Below, one piece after another: positions 9,496 through 20,605 of a DNA stretch of 32,000 nucleotides (positions within the stretch are counted from its first letter, which is position 1; the number at the start of each line of letters is the position of its first letter). Under the pieces are notes generated by a model. That model was not told where the DNA came from. It did not search any database and worked only from the letters and a program-made list of their open reading frames with translations. The position numbers were made by a program, and so were the translations under genes. The DNA comes from Aquifex aeolicus VF5 (GTDB taxonomy: Bacteria; Aquificota; Aquificia; Aquificales; Aquificaceae). The stretch spans positions 30,001 to 62,000 of the forward strand of contig NC_000918.1 in the NCBI RefSeq assembly GCF_000008625.1, read 5' to 3'.

Positions 9496-10338
9496 ATGAG
9501 GGACATTGTTTTCATAGAAAGGGATCCTTACGCTCCGATAAGACACTGCTACACCGTTTCAAAAATACTCTACCAAGGAAAGAGTCCCTACCAGGAAATA
9601 CAGGTAATTGAAAGTCCTGAGTTCGGGAGAATGCTTATCCTCGACGGAGTGGTTCAGCTGGACGAGAAGTACGAATTTCTCTACCACGAGTACCTCGCAC
9701 ACGTTCCACTCCACGCACACCCAAACCCCAGAAACGTGCTCATAATCGGAGGAGGAGACGGGGGAACATTGAGGGAAGTTCTTAAACACGATATCGTAGA
9801 AAGAGCCGTCCTCGTTGACATAGATAAAGAAGTAATAGAAGTTTCCAAGAAGTACCTCCCCACGCTATCGGTTGGTTTTCAGGACCCGAGAGCCATAGTC
9901 GTGAACGAAGACGGCTACAAGTATGTCCAAGATTACGAGAACGAGTTTGATGTAATCATCGTAGACTCAACGGATCCCGTCGGATTTGCCCACGTCCTCA
10001 CCACAGAGGACTTCTTCAGACACGTCTACAAGGCGCTAAAGGAAGACGGAATATTCGTGGCTCAAACGGAGTCCATCCACTACCACCTTGAAATGGTGAG
10101 TAACATACAACAAAGACTAAAGAAAGTGTTTCCTATTGTTGACCTGTACACTTCCGTAATTCCCATATACGCCGGTTACTGGTGGACCTTCTCAATAGCT
10201 TCCAAGAAGTATCCTGTGAGGACTCCCGCTAGGGAGGTAAAGGTCCAAACGAAGATTTACGACGCGGACATGCACGAGTACGCCTTCCTTCCCGAGAGCT
10301 TTTACAACAAGATTGTAAACGGAGAGTACAAGTATTAA
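9496..10338 (+). CDS. speE: Spermidine synthase (polyamine aminopropyltransferase)
   Basis: 280 aa; LDGVVQLDEKYEFLYHEYLAHVPL, VLIIGGGDGGTLREVLKH, DVIIVDSTDPVG. Confidence 0.95.
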   Translation: MRDIVFIERDPYAPIRHCYTVSKILYQGKSPYQEIQVIESPEFGRMLILDGVVQLDEKYEFLYHEYLAHVPLHAHPNPRNVLIIGGGDGGTLREVLKHDIVERAVLVDIDKEVIEVSKKYLPTLSVGFQDPRAIVVNEDGYKYVQDYENEFDVIIVDSTDPVGFAHVLTTEDFFRHVYKALKEDGIFVAQTESIHYHLEMVSNIQQRLKKVFPIVDLYTSVIPIYAGYWWTFSIASKKYPVRTPAREVKVQTKIYDADMHEYAFLPESFYNKIVNGEYKY

Positions 10339-10356
10339 AATAAATCTTTCAACCTC

Positions 10357-10379
10357 GTTTCCCCGCCCTGCGGGGAGAC
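10357..10379 (+). promoter_or_regulatory. Stable GC-rich hairpin in the rpsF leader
   Basis: GTTTCCCCGC-CCT-GCGGGGAGAC: 10-bp stem (one G-T pair) and 3-nt loop between speE and rpsF, with no T tract after it. Confidence 0.45.
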
Positions 10380-10403
10380 CTTAAAAAGGCCAGGAGGTGA
10401 AGT

Positions 10404-10745
10404 ATGCCGAGGTTGAGGCACTACAAAACCTTAAGGTATTACGAGACAGTTTTTGCTGTGAAGCCCACTCTCAGCGAAGAGGAGATGAAGAAGAAGTTTG
10501 AACAGGTCAAGGAGTTTATCAAACAAAAGGGCGGTGAGATACTCTACGAAGAGGACTGGGGTATGAGACAACTCGCCTACCCCATACAGAAGTTCAACAA
10601 CGCCAGATACTTCCTTGTGCAGTTCAAGACCGAAAACCCCCAACTCCCCAACGAGCTTGACTTCCAGCTGAAGATTGACGAAGACGTGATAAGGTGGTTA
10701 AATTTTCAAATTAAGGAGAGTGAAGTAAAGAAAAATGCTCAATAA
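10404..10745 (+). CDS. rpsF: 30S ribosomal protein S6
   Basis: RHYKTLRYYETVFAVKP.L.EEE......, YPIQKFNNARYFLVQF and DEDVIRWL match S6. Confidence 0.93.
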   Translation: MPRLRHYKTLRYYETVFAVKPTLSEEEMKKKFEQVKEFIKQKGGEILYEEDWGMRQLAYPIQKFNNARYFLVQFKTENPQLPNELDFQLKIDEDVIRWLNFQIKESEVKKNAQ

Positions 10746-11178
10746 GGTTTTTATAATAGGAAGACTTACGGGTGACCCCGTTATAACTTATCTACCGAGC
10801 GGAACGCCCGTAGTAGAGTTTACTCTGGCTTACAACAGAAGGTATAAAAACCAGAACGGTGAATTTCAGGAGGAAAGTCACTTCTTTGACGTAAAGGCGT
10901 ACGGAAAAATGGCTGAAGACTGGGCTACACGCTTCTCGAAAGGATACCTCGTACTCGTAGAGGGAAGACTCTCCCAGGAAAAGTGGGAGAAAGAAGGAAA
11001 GAAGTTCTCAAAGGTCAGGATAATAGCGGAAAACGTAAGATTAATAAACAGGCCGAAAGGTGCTGAACTTCAAGCAGAAGAAGAGGAGGAAGTTCCTCCC
11101 ATTGAGGAGGAAATTGAAAAACTCGGTAAAGAGGAAGAGAAGCCTTTTACCGATGAAGAGGACGAAATACCTTTTTAA
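10735..11178 (+). CDS. ssb: Single-stranded DNA-binding protein
   Basis: NKVFIIGRLTGDPVITYLPSGTPVVEFTLA; acidic C-terminus ending DEEDEIPF. Confidence 0.97.
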   Translation: MLNKVFIIGRLTGDPVITYLPSGTPVVEFTLAYNRRYKNQNGEFQEESHFFDVKAYGKMAEDWATRFSKGYLVLVEGRLSQEKWEKEGKKFSKVRIIAENVRLINRPKGAELQAEEEEEVPPIEEEIEKLGKEEEKPFTDEEDEIPF

Positions 11179-11196
11179 TTTTGAGGAGGTTAAAGT

Positions 11197-11415
11197 ATGG
11201 TAGTGAGAGCTCCTAAGAAGAAAGTTTGTATGTACTGTGAACAAAAGAGAGAGCCAGATTATAAAAACTACGAAGAACTCAGGAACTTTTTAACCGAAAG
11301 GGGAAGGATTAAAGATAGAAAGCAAACCGGACTTTGTGCAAAGCACCAGAGGAGACTAGCTGTTCAAATAAAGAGGGCGAGACAGCTCGGACTACTTCCC
11401 TACGTTGTTTACTAA
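11197..11415 (+). CDS. rpsR: 30S ribosomal protein S18 (Cys-containing, zinc-binding type)
   Basis: C..C near N-terminus; DYKNYEELRNFLTERGRIKDRKQTGLCAKHQRRLAVQIKRARQLGLLPYV. Confidence 0.95.
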   Translation: MVVRAPKKKVCMYCEQKREPDYKNYEELRNFLTERGRIKDRKQTGLCAKHQRRLAVQIKRARQLGLLPYVVY

Positions 11416-11469
11416 AAACTTGTCCCTTCCTCCCTTTTCCCTTAAATTATTCTCTAAGGAGGCGATTTA

Positions 11470-11649
11470 ATGCACTTTCCTCTGCCGTGGCAATTAATAC
11501 TGATACTCTTGGTTATCCTCGTAATCTTCGGTGCTTCAAAACTCCCCGAAGTGGGTAAAGGTTTGGGAGAGGGGATAAGGAACTTTAAGAAAGCGCTCTC
11601 AGGTGAAGAAGAGGAAAAGGGGAAGGAAGTTAAAAAGGAGGGTGAATAA
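11470..11649 (+). CDS. tatA: Sec-independent translocase protein TatA (copy 1, 59 aa, missed by the ORF track)
   Basis: Translated directly: [59 protein letters not shown]; TM segment plus FG.x[19 protein letters not shown]. Confidence 0.92.
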   Translation: MHFPLPWQLILILLVILVIFGASKLPEVGKGLGEGIRNFKKALSGEEEEKGKEVKKEGE

Positions 11650-11883
11650 ATGTTTCCCGGCGGAATATCTATGACAGAGTTAATCATAATCCTTGCGGTT
11701 ATCCTGCTACTCTTCGGTGCTGGAAGACTACCGGAAGCCGGAAGAGCGCTTGGTGAAGGTATAAGGAATTTCAGGAAGGCACTTTCAGGGGAGACGGAAG
11801 TAAAGGAAGTGAAGGCTGAAGACGTAAAGACGGAGGAGAGGAAAGAAGAAAAGAAGGAAGAGAAGGAAAAGGTAGAGGCTTAA
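11650..11883 (+). CDS. tatA: Sec-independent translocase protein TatA (copy 2, 77 aa)
   Basis: [48 protein letters not shown]; directly abuts copy 1 (TAA|ATG). Confidence 0.95.
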   Translation: MFPGGISMTELIIILAVILLLFGAGRLPEAGRALGEGIRNFRKALSGETEVKEVKAEDVKTEERKEEKKEEKEKVEA

Positions 11884-12773
11884 CTCAGCAATTGAGCCAC
11901 CGTTTGAATTGAACGCTGAAGGTTTCTCGTACGCAGTACCTCACTGTAAGGGGAAACGTCTATTACGTAACCGTCCTCTTTCCTCTTAATCTGGATAAAG
12001 AACTTTTGAAGGTATCCCTTTTCCGAAAGTAAACACTCCACTAAAAAGTCCTTATCCCTTTGCCAAACTTTAAAGGTTTTGAAGTAAACTTCTTCATCCA
12101 GTTTAATTTCTCGGCTTTCAATTTTCTTAGGATCTACGCTTTCCACTTTTACCTTTACCGGAAACAATTCCCGTACCTCCTCAACCTCTGGATGTTCTAC
12201 AAACTTCGGTTCCTTAACCTTTCTCAAAATTAACTTGTAAAGTGTTTTTCCCATGGAAAGCCACTTTTGTTCATACTTGGTCAAAGGCTCTTTTACGTTT
12301 AAAGTTCCCTCTTCTACCTCAAAGCAGTCTAATACCTTTGCACTTTCTTTTGTAAATTCCAGAAACTCGTAGTTGTCGGTCCTTATCCTTATCTCTCCGC
12401 CGAGTTTTAATTTCTTCGCAAACATGTAAAGTCTTTCGGGCTTTGTTAACCTCCTCTTGTGGTGCCTCTTCTTAAACCACGGATCCGGGTAATTCATGTA
12501 GATGTTCTCAACGTAGTTATCTCTAAAGAGAAAGTAAAAGCCCCAGTAGGCGTCAACGTTTGTGCAGTAAACGTTCTTTAATCCTTTTTTCCCTACTCTT
12601 TTCATCAGTTTTTCAATAGAAATCTGGGATATCTCTATGCCGAAGAAATTCTTATCGGGATTTTCCTTCGCAAGCTTTACTATAAAGTCTCCTCTTCCGA
12701 AACCTATTTCTACCTCAAGATTGGGAATTTCTACAGGTCTTTTTACCCTTTTGTAATTTACGTAACAGAGCAT
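11880..12773 (-). CDS. trmB: tRNA (guanine-N7-)-methyltransferase with C-terminal extension
   Basis: [49 protein letters not shown]; about 90-100 aa follow the catalytic domain. Confidence 0.92.
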   Translation of the reverse strand: MLCYVNYKRVKRPVEIPNLEVEIGFGRGDFIVKLAKENPDKNFFGIEISQISIEKLMKRVGKKGLKNVYCTNVDAYWGFYFLFRDNYVENIYMNYPDPWFKKRHHKRRLTKPERLYMFAKKLKLGGEIRIRTDNYEFLEFTKESAKVLDCFEVEEGTLNVKEPLTKYEQKWLSMGKTLYKLILRKVKEPKFVEHPEVEEVRELFPVKVKVESVDPKKIESREIKLDEEVYFKTFKVWQRDKDFLVECLLSEKGYLQKFFIQIKRKEDGYVIDVSPYSEVLRTRNLQRSIQTVAQLLS

Positions 12774-12794
12774 CAATTATAATCTTAAACTGAA

Positions 12795-13763
12795 ATGCTT
12801 ACGGACTTAGGGCTACTGACACTCGGGTTTTTCTTACTGGTAAAAGGAGCTGATATGCTCATAGAAGGAGCTGGAGGGCTTGCGAGGCGCTTCGGGATAC
12901 CCGAATTCGTAATAGGTCTGACGCTCGTGGCTTTCGGAACATCCCTTCCCGAGTTTACCGTGAACGTAAGTGCAGCACTCAAAGACGCTTCGGGTATTTC
13001 TCTCGGAAACGTTATAGGTTCAAATATAGCAAACATTCTTCTTATCCTCGGTGTAGCTTCATTGATAAAGCCCCTTACTGTTCACGCCACATTCGTAAAA
13101 AAGGAAATTCCAGTGAACTTTTTTCTTACGTTAACGCTCATAGTCATGGCAAACGACGTTATCTTAAATCACGCTCCAGTTTCTTTGATATCCCGTGGGG
13201 ACGGACTTGTCCTGATAATAACTTTTCTGGGATACATGTACTTCCTCGTGGCTTACTTGGAAAGGGACAGCATTCTTGAAGGAGAGATGAAAGAAAGCAT
13301 TTCTCCTTTTAAGGGCTTTATCTACTTCATTCTCGGACTTACAGGTCTTTCTCTGGGAGCAGACTGGACGGTAGACGGCGCAGTCGGACTCGCTAAAGCT
13401 CTCGGAGTTAGTGAAGCTGTAATCGGGCTGTTTGTCGTTGCAATAGGAACATCTCTTCCGGAACTCTTTGCCTCCGCGGTATCAGCCTATAAAGGAAACC
13501 CGGATATCGCTCTCGGGAACGTTGCGGGTTCAAACATTTTCAACGCGACTCTAGTCCTTGGAACGAGCTCCGTTATAAGGGACATTCCCGTTCCAGAAAG
13601 GGCTAACGTGGATTTGGGAGTTTTGTTCATTGCCACACTCTTACTTCTGATATCCTCCATCTGGGGTAAAAGGAAGTACACGCTCGACAGAATGGAAGGA
13701 GGAATATTTTTACTGGCTTACTTTATTTACGTTATAGCTTCTTGGTACAGGGAACTCAGCTGA
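12795..13763 (+). CDS. K+-dependent-like Na+/Ca2+ exchanger family (CaCA) membrane protein
   Basis: Duplicated alpha repeats: GTSLPEFTVNVSAALKD...ISLGNVIGSNIANILLILG and GTSLPELFASAVSAYKGNPDIALGNVAGSNIFNATLVLG. Confidence 0.93.
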   Translation: MLTDLGLLTLGFFLLVKGADMLIEGAGGLARRFGIPEFVIGLTLVAFGTSLPEFTVNVSAALKDASGISLGNVIGSNIANILLILGVASLIKPLTVHATFVKKEIPVNFFLTLTLIVMANDVILNHAPVSLISRGDGLVLIITFLGYMYFLVAYLERDSILEGEMKESISPFKGFIYFILGLTGLSLGADWTVDGAVGLAKALGVSEAVIGLFVVAIGTSLPELFASAVSAYKGNPDIALGNVAGSNIFNATLVLGTSSVIRDIPVPERANVDLGVLFIATLLLLISSIWGKRKYTLDRMEGGIFLLAYFIYVIASWYRELS

Positions 13764-14268
13764 AGATTTCCTCGTAAAGTTTCTCGTCTATCCTCTTTAA
13801 TTTGTGTCTTTCTTTTGGAACTTCGTCTACCTCAACGAAGTATAAACAGTTCGTTACACACTTCTCAACGCAGGAGGGAAGCAGTCCTTTATCAACCCTT
13901 TTGTAGCAGTAATCGCACTTTTCTACTTTTTGTGTAGCGGGATTGAAAGTTATAGCTCCGTAGGGGCAGGCTATTATGCACGCTTTACAGCCTATGCACA
14001 GAGTTTGTTCCACGTAAACTATACCGTCCTTCTCCCTCTTTCTCATTGCGGATGTAGGGCATGCAACCACACAGGGAGCTGGGTCGCAGTGAAAGCAGTT
14101 CATGGGGTAGTAAAAAGCTCCCGGTTCTTCAGATATACCTTCTACCCTGAAAACTTTCATGGGTCTTATATACAGGCTCTCCAGTCCCTTCTCCTGAACG
14201 CAGGCTACTTCACAGGAAAGGCAGCCTATGCACCTGTCCAGGTCTATGAGCATTATAGGACGCTTCAT
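13756..14268 (-). CDS. 4Fe-4S ferredoxin-type electron transfer subunit (four-cluster, HycB/DmsB/PsrB-like)
   Basis: CIGCLSCEVAC, CFHCDPAPCVVACP, CIGCKACIIACPYGAI, CDYC...CVEKC. Confidence 0.9.
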   Translation of the reverse strand: MKRPIMLIDLDRCIGCLSCEVACVQEKGLESLYIRPMKVFRVEGISEEPGAFYYPMNCFHCDPAPCVVACPTSAMRKREKDGIVYVEQTLCIGCKACIIACPYGAITFNPATQKVEKCDYCYKRVDKGLLPSCVEKCVTNCLYFVEVDEVPKERHKLKRIDEKLYEEIFS

Positions 14269-14501
14269 CTGAGTATCCTCAGGAGGATAGAGAGTATAAG
14301 GATAAGTATTAAGGGGGAAAAGTCAATGCCGTTAATCGGTTTTACGACTTTCCTTATCGGCTCTAAAAAGGGAGACACTATCCAGTCTATGTACCAGTAA
14401 ATTTTACTTCTCCTTACCTCGGGAAACCAAGACCCGAGTGCGTGAATGAAAGTAAGAAGGATGAGGAGCTGAATGAAGACTTTAACGAGTTTTATTATCA
14501 C
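14265..14501 (-). CDS. YggT family membrane protein
   Basis: 78 aa; hydrophobic, SWFPEVRRSKIYWYIDWIVSPFLEPIRKVVKPINGIDFSPLILILIL. Confidence 0.8.
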   Translation of the reverse strand: MIIKLVKVFIQLLILLTFIHALGSWFPEVRRSKIYWYIDWIVSPFLEPIRKVVKPINGIDFSPLILILILSILLRILR

Positions 14502-14857
14502 TACTCAACCCATTCTATGATGGCCATTTCAGCTCCGTCTCCTCTTCTCCTGTAGGGGAGTTTTATTATCCTTACGTATCCGCCGTTCCTTCCTTCAAAT
14601 CTGGGAGCTATATCCTCAAAGAGTTTCTTTATAGCTGGTTTGTCGGGAAGTCTGCTGAGTGCCTGTCTTCTTGCGTGGAGCGTTCCTTCTTTTGCGAGCT
14701 CAACGAGGGGTTCTATGAAACTCCTGAGAGCCTTTGCCCTTTCGACGGTTGTCTCTATTCTCTCGTCAAAGATTAACGCCCTTGCAAGGGATCGGTAAAG
14801 TGCAAGCCTTTGTTCCTTAGTTCTGTCAAAGTGCTTCTTCTTAACCCTGTGCCTCAT
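14501..14857 (-). CDS. rplQ: 50S ribosomal protein L17
   Basis: [41 protein letters not shown]. Confidence 0.97.
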
Positions 14858-14862
14858 CTCAC

Positions 14863-15816
14863 CTACCTCTGAGTTTCAATATTCATACCGAGCTCAAGCC
14901 CAAGCTTATGAAGTGCTTCCTTTATTTCAGCAAGTGCCTTCCTTCCTATGTTTTTAGTGCTTTTTAGCTCATCTTCCGTCATCCTGACAAGGTCCCCTAT
15001 TGTGGTTATACCTATTCTCTTGAGGGAGTTAAGTGCTCTTTGGGATATGTCGAGTTCTTCTATGGAGAGGGAGAGTTTTTCCGCAAGTTCGTCCACCGCT
15101 ACCTTTTGAGGAACTGTCGGTTTTTCCGTAAATATGTTCTCAAGGAGTTCGTAGTGCTTCTTGAGTATTTCTATTGCTTCCTGCATGCACTGGTCGGGAG
15201 TTTTTATACCGTTCGTGAATATTTCAAGTGTAAGCCTTTCGTAAGTGGATTTTTTCCCTACCCTTACGTTATCTACCCTGAAACCTACCTTCTTTACAGG
15301 AGAAAAATCAGCGTCCACGAGAATCCAGCCCACTTCCCCTATAGCTTCCATTTCCTCTACGGGAACGTATCCTCTTCCCCTTTCCACACGAATTTCTATG
15401 TTAAGCTCCTTGTTCGGATCCGTTATAGTTGCTATGTACTGGTCGGGATTGAGTATTTCAACGTTTGGAGGAGTTTTTATATCGGACGCCTTTACCTCCC
15501 CTTCTCCCTTTTTCTGGAGATAAAGTATTTCAACGTCACTGTCTCCCTTCATTAAAAACTTAATTTTTTTAAGGTTTGCTATGAGTTCTATTGCGTCCTC
15601 CTGAACGCCTTCAATCGCAGAAAACTCGTGGTAAATACCGTAAATCTTTACCGCAGTAATGGCAGTTCCGCTAATGGAAGAGAGGAGAACCCTTCTCAGA
15701 GAATTTCCAACGGTAGTGCCAAATCCCCTTTCAAGCGGTTCTACTACGAGTCTCCCGTAAGTGTCCGTTTTTTCTTCCCAGAATATCTTGTCGGGGTATA
15801 TAAACTCGTTTAACAT
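14863..15816 (-). CDS. rpoA: DNA-directed RNA polymerase subunit alpha
   Basis: [22 protein letters not shown] and C-terminal [35 protein letters not shown]. Confidence 0.98.
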
Positions 15817-15828
15817 TCAATACCTCCG

Positions 15829-16464
15829 TTATACCTTAGAGTAGAACTCAACGATGTACTGAAGGTTTATGGGTATCTCGAGGTACTCCTGCACGTTTTC
15901 GGGAAGTCTTACAACTCTTCCCCTGAAGTTATCCTTGTCGAGTTCGAGCCAGCTCGGTATAGATCTCGGGTCTACGTTTTCAAGGTTTTCCTTTATGAAG
16001 GGAATGTCTCTGGACTTTTCCTTAATTTCTATAACGTCTCCGGGCTCTACAAGGTAAGAGGGAATGTTCACCTTTTTTCCGTTTACGAGAACGTGCCCGT
16101 GTGCTACAAGTTGCCTTGCCTGTCTCCTCGTGGAGGCAAATCCCAGTCTGTAAACTACGTTATCGAGCCTCCTCTCAAGGTACTGAAGGAGCATTTCACC
16201 GGTATTTTCCTTTGACTTGGAAGCCATATCGAAGTACTTCTTAAATTGCTTTTCTCTGAGTCCTCCGTAGAGGAATTTAAGTTTTTGTTTTTCCATTAAA
16301 CGCAGACCGTACTCGGTTAACTTCTTTCTCCTTCCGTACTTTCTTCCGTGTTGTCCGGGCGGATAATTTCTCCTGGCAAGGATTTTGGGAGCGGACTTCT
16401 TACCGGAAACTACTACACCAAACCTTCTGTCAAGTTTTACCCAAGGACCTATATACCTACCCAT
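15829..16464 (-). CDS. rpsD: 30S ribosomal protein S4
   Basis: MGRYIGPWVKLDRRFG, YPPGQHG, LERRLDNVVYRLGFASTRRQARQLVAHGHVLVNG. Confidence 0.98.
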   Translation of the reverse strand: MGRYIGPWVKLDRRFGVVVSGKKSAPKILARRNYPPGQHGRKYGRRKKLTEYGLRLMEKQKLKFLYGGLREKQFKKYFDMASKSKENTGEMLLQYLERRLDNVVYRLGFASTRRQARQLVAHGHVLVNGKKVNIPSYLVEPGDVIEIKEKSRDIPFIKENLENVDPRSIPSWLELDKDNFRGRVVRLPENVQEYLEIPINLQYIVEFYSKV

Positions 16465-16842
16465 TTACACTCTCCTCCTCGCAGGTGGTCTGCAACCGTT
16501 GTGGGGAATAGGCGTAACATCCCTTATGGCGGTTACCTTTACCCCCGAAGCGAATACAGCCCTTACCGCTGACTCCCTTCCTGCTCCGGGGCCTTTGACC
16601 CATATCTCAACTTCCTGAACTCCGTGTTCCTTTGCCTCTTTCATAGCCTTTTGAGCTGCAAGCTGTGCTGCGTAAGGGGTTGATTTTCTCGTGCCCTTAA
16701 ACCCTACAGTTCCACCGCTAGCCCATGCGATGGTATTTCCCTGAGTGTCTGTTACGTTAACTATCGTGTTGTTAAAGGTTGTGTGTATGTGAACTATGGC
16801 TTTTGTTACCTGTCTTTTCTGTTTCTTTTTCTTTTTCGCCAT
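16465..16842 (-). CDS. rpsK: 30S ribosomal protein S11
   Basis: [39 protein letters not shown]-like pattern and C-terminal [18 protein letters not shown]. Confidence 0.98.
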   Translation of the reverse strand: MAKKKKKQKRQVTKAIVHIHTTFNNTIVNVTDTQGNTIAWASGGTVGFKGTRKSTPYAAQLAAQKAMKEAKEHGVQEVEIWVKGPGAGRESAVRAVFASGVKVTAIRDVTPIPHNGCRPPARRRV

Positions 16843-16857
16843 TTATGTCAACCTCCT

Positions 16858-17238
16858 TTACTTGGCCTTAGCTTTCTTTGTTCCTCCAACAGTTTTCCTC
16901 TTACCCTTTCTGGTTCTCGCGTTTGTTCTCGTTTGTTGACCCCTTACGGGTAGTCCCCTTGCGTGTCTGATACCTCTGTAGCATCCCATATCCTTGAGTT
17001 TCTTAATGTTTAGCTGAACTTCCCTTCTCAGGTCACCCTCTACCTTATAGTTTTCATCTATGAACTTTCTAAGAGTGTTTAGCTCGTCGGGGGTTAATTC
17101 TCCGACCCTTTTGGTACAGGGAATTCCCGTCTTTTCACATATCTCCCTTGCCCTAGACCATCCTATTCCGTAAATGTAGGTGAGTGCGACCTCCAGTCTC
17201 TTGTTGTTAGGCAAATCAACGCCCGCTATTCTCGCCAT
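16858..17238 (-). CDS. rpsM: 30S ribosomal protein S13
   Basis: [48 protein letters not shown]. Confidence 0.98.
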   Translation of the reverse strand: MARIAGVDLPNNKRLEVALTYIYGIGWSRAREICEKTGIPCTKRVGELTPDELNTLRKFIDENYKVEGDLRREVQLNIKKLKDMGCYRGIRHARGLPVRGQQTRTNARTRKGKRKTVGGTKKAKAK

Positions 17239-17250
17239 TTCTAACCTCCG

Positions 17251-17365
17251 TTACCCCTGTCTTTTGCTTGTGACTGGGTATTTCGCAAATTACCATAACT
17301 CTTCCCTTTCTCCTTATTATCTTGCACTTAGCACACCTTTTCTTCACGGAAGACCTAACTTTCAT
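17251..17365 (-). CDS. rpmJ: 50S ribosomal protein L36, with an apparent 1-nt insertion near the 3' end (raw ORF runs 17216..17365)
   Basis: Reverse strand gives [34 protein letters not shown], then [15 protein letters not shown] in the raw frame. Removing one A from the A4 run gives the canonical ...HKQRQG*. Confidence 0.9.
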
Positions 17366-17425
17366 ACCGAACCTCCACAATAGCGGAATATCTTAGTATA
17401 ACCTAAGTCCTTGCCTTTTTCAACT

Positions 17426-17668
17426 TTACAATCTGTAAACTATCCTTCCGCGGGTGAGGTCGTAGGGAGAGAGTTCCACCTTAACTTTGTCTCCGGGCAG
17501 GATTCTTATGAAGTTAACCCTGAGTTTCCCGGCTATGTGGGCAAGCACTTCCTGCCCGGTTTCAAGCTTTACCCTGAACATTCCGTTTGGAAGGGCTTCA
17601 ACAACTTCTCCTTCGAGAAGTATGCCCCTCTCCTTTTCGTGCTCTTGCTTTCTCTTCTTCTTTCCCAT
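17426..17668 (-). CDS. infA: Translation initiation factor IF-1 (short basic N-terminal extension)
   Basis: [65 protein letters not shown]. Confidence 0.97.
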   Translation of the reverse strand: MGKKKRKQEHEKERGILLEGEVVEALPNGMFRVKLETGQEVLAHIAGKLRVNFIRILPGDKVKVELSPYDLTRGRIVYRL

Positions 17669-17670
17669 CC

Positions 17671-20351
<2,681 letters not shown>

Positions 20352-20395
20352 GTTAAAAGATTTTAATATAATAAAGTTCTCTCGGAGGTAGAAGA

Positions 20396-20605
20396 ATGGC
20401 TGATAGTGAGATTTGTGGAAAGAGACCTGTTGTCGGAAGGAGAGTCACCTTATCGGGTGAGAGGAACAGAAGGATTTTTAAACCGAACGTCCATAAGATG
20501 AGGGTAATGCTCCCGGATGGAACGGTAAAGAGGATGTACGTGTGCACCAAGTGCCTCAAGGCGGGTAAGGTAATGAAAGCACCCAGAATTCCCAAGGAAG
20601 GTTAA
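20396..20605 (+). CDS. rpmB: 50S ribosomal protein L28
   Basis: CGKRPVVGRRVTLSGERNRRIFKPNVHKMRV and C-terminal YVCTKCLKAGKVMKAPRI, with SD GGAGGT at 20384-20389. Confidence 0.88.
   Translation: MADSEICGKRPVVGRRVTLSGERNRRIFKPNVHKMRVMLPDGTVKRMYVCTKCLKAGKVMKAPRIPKEG

Noticed and set aside
13930-14400. 156-aa plus-strand ORF
   Set aside because: Antisense to the well-supported 4Fe-4S ferredoxin gene.
15040-15555. 171-aa plus-strand ORF
   Set aside because: Antisense to rpoA, with low-complexity Tyr/Phe/Val-rich composition typical of shadow frames.
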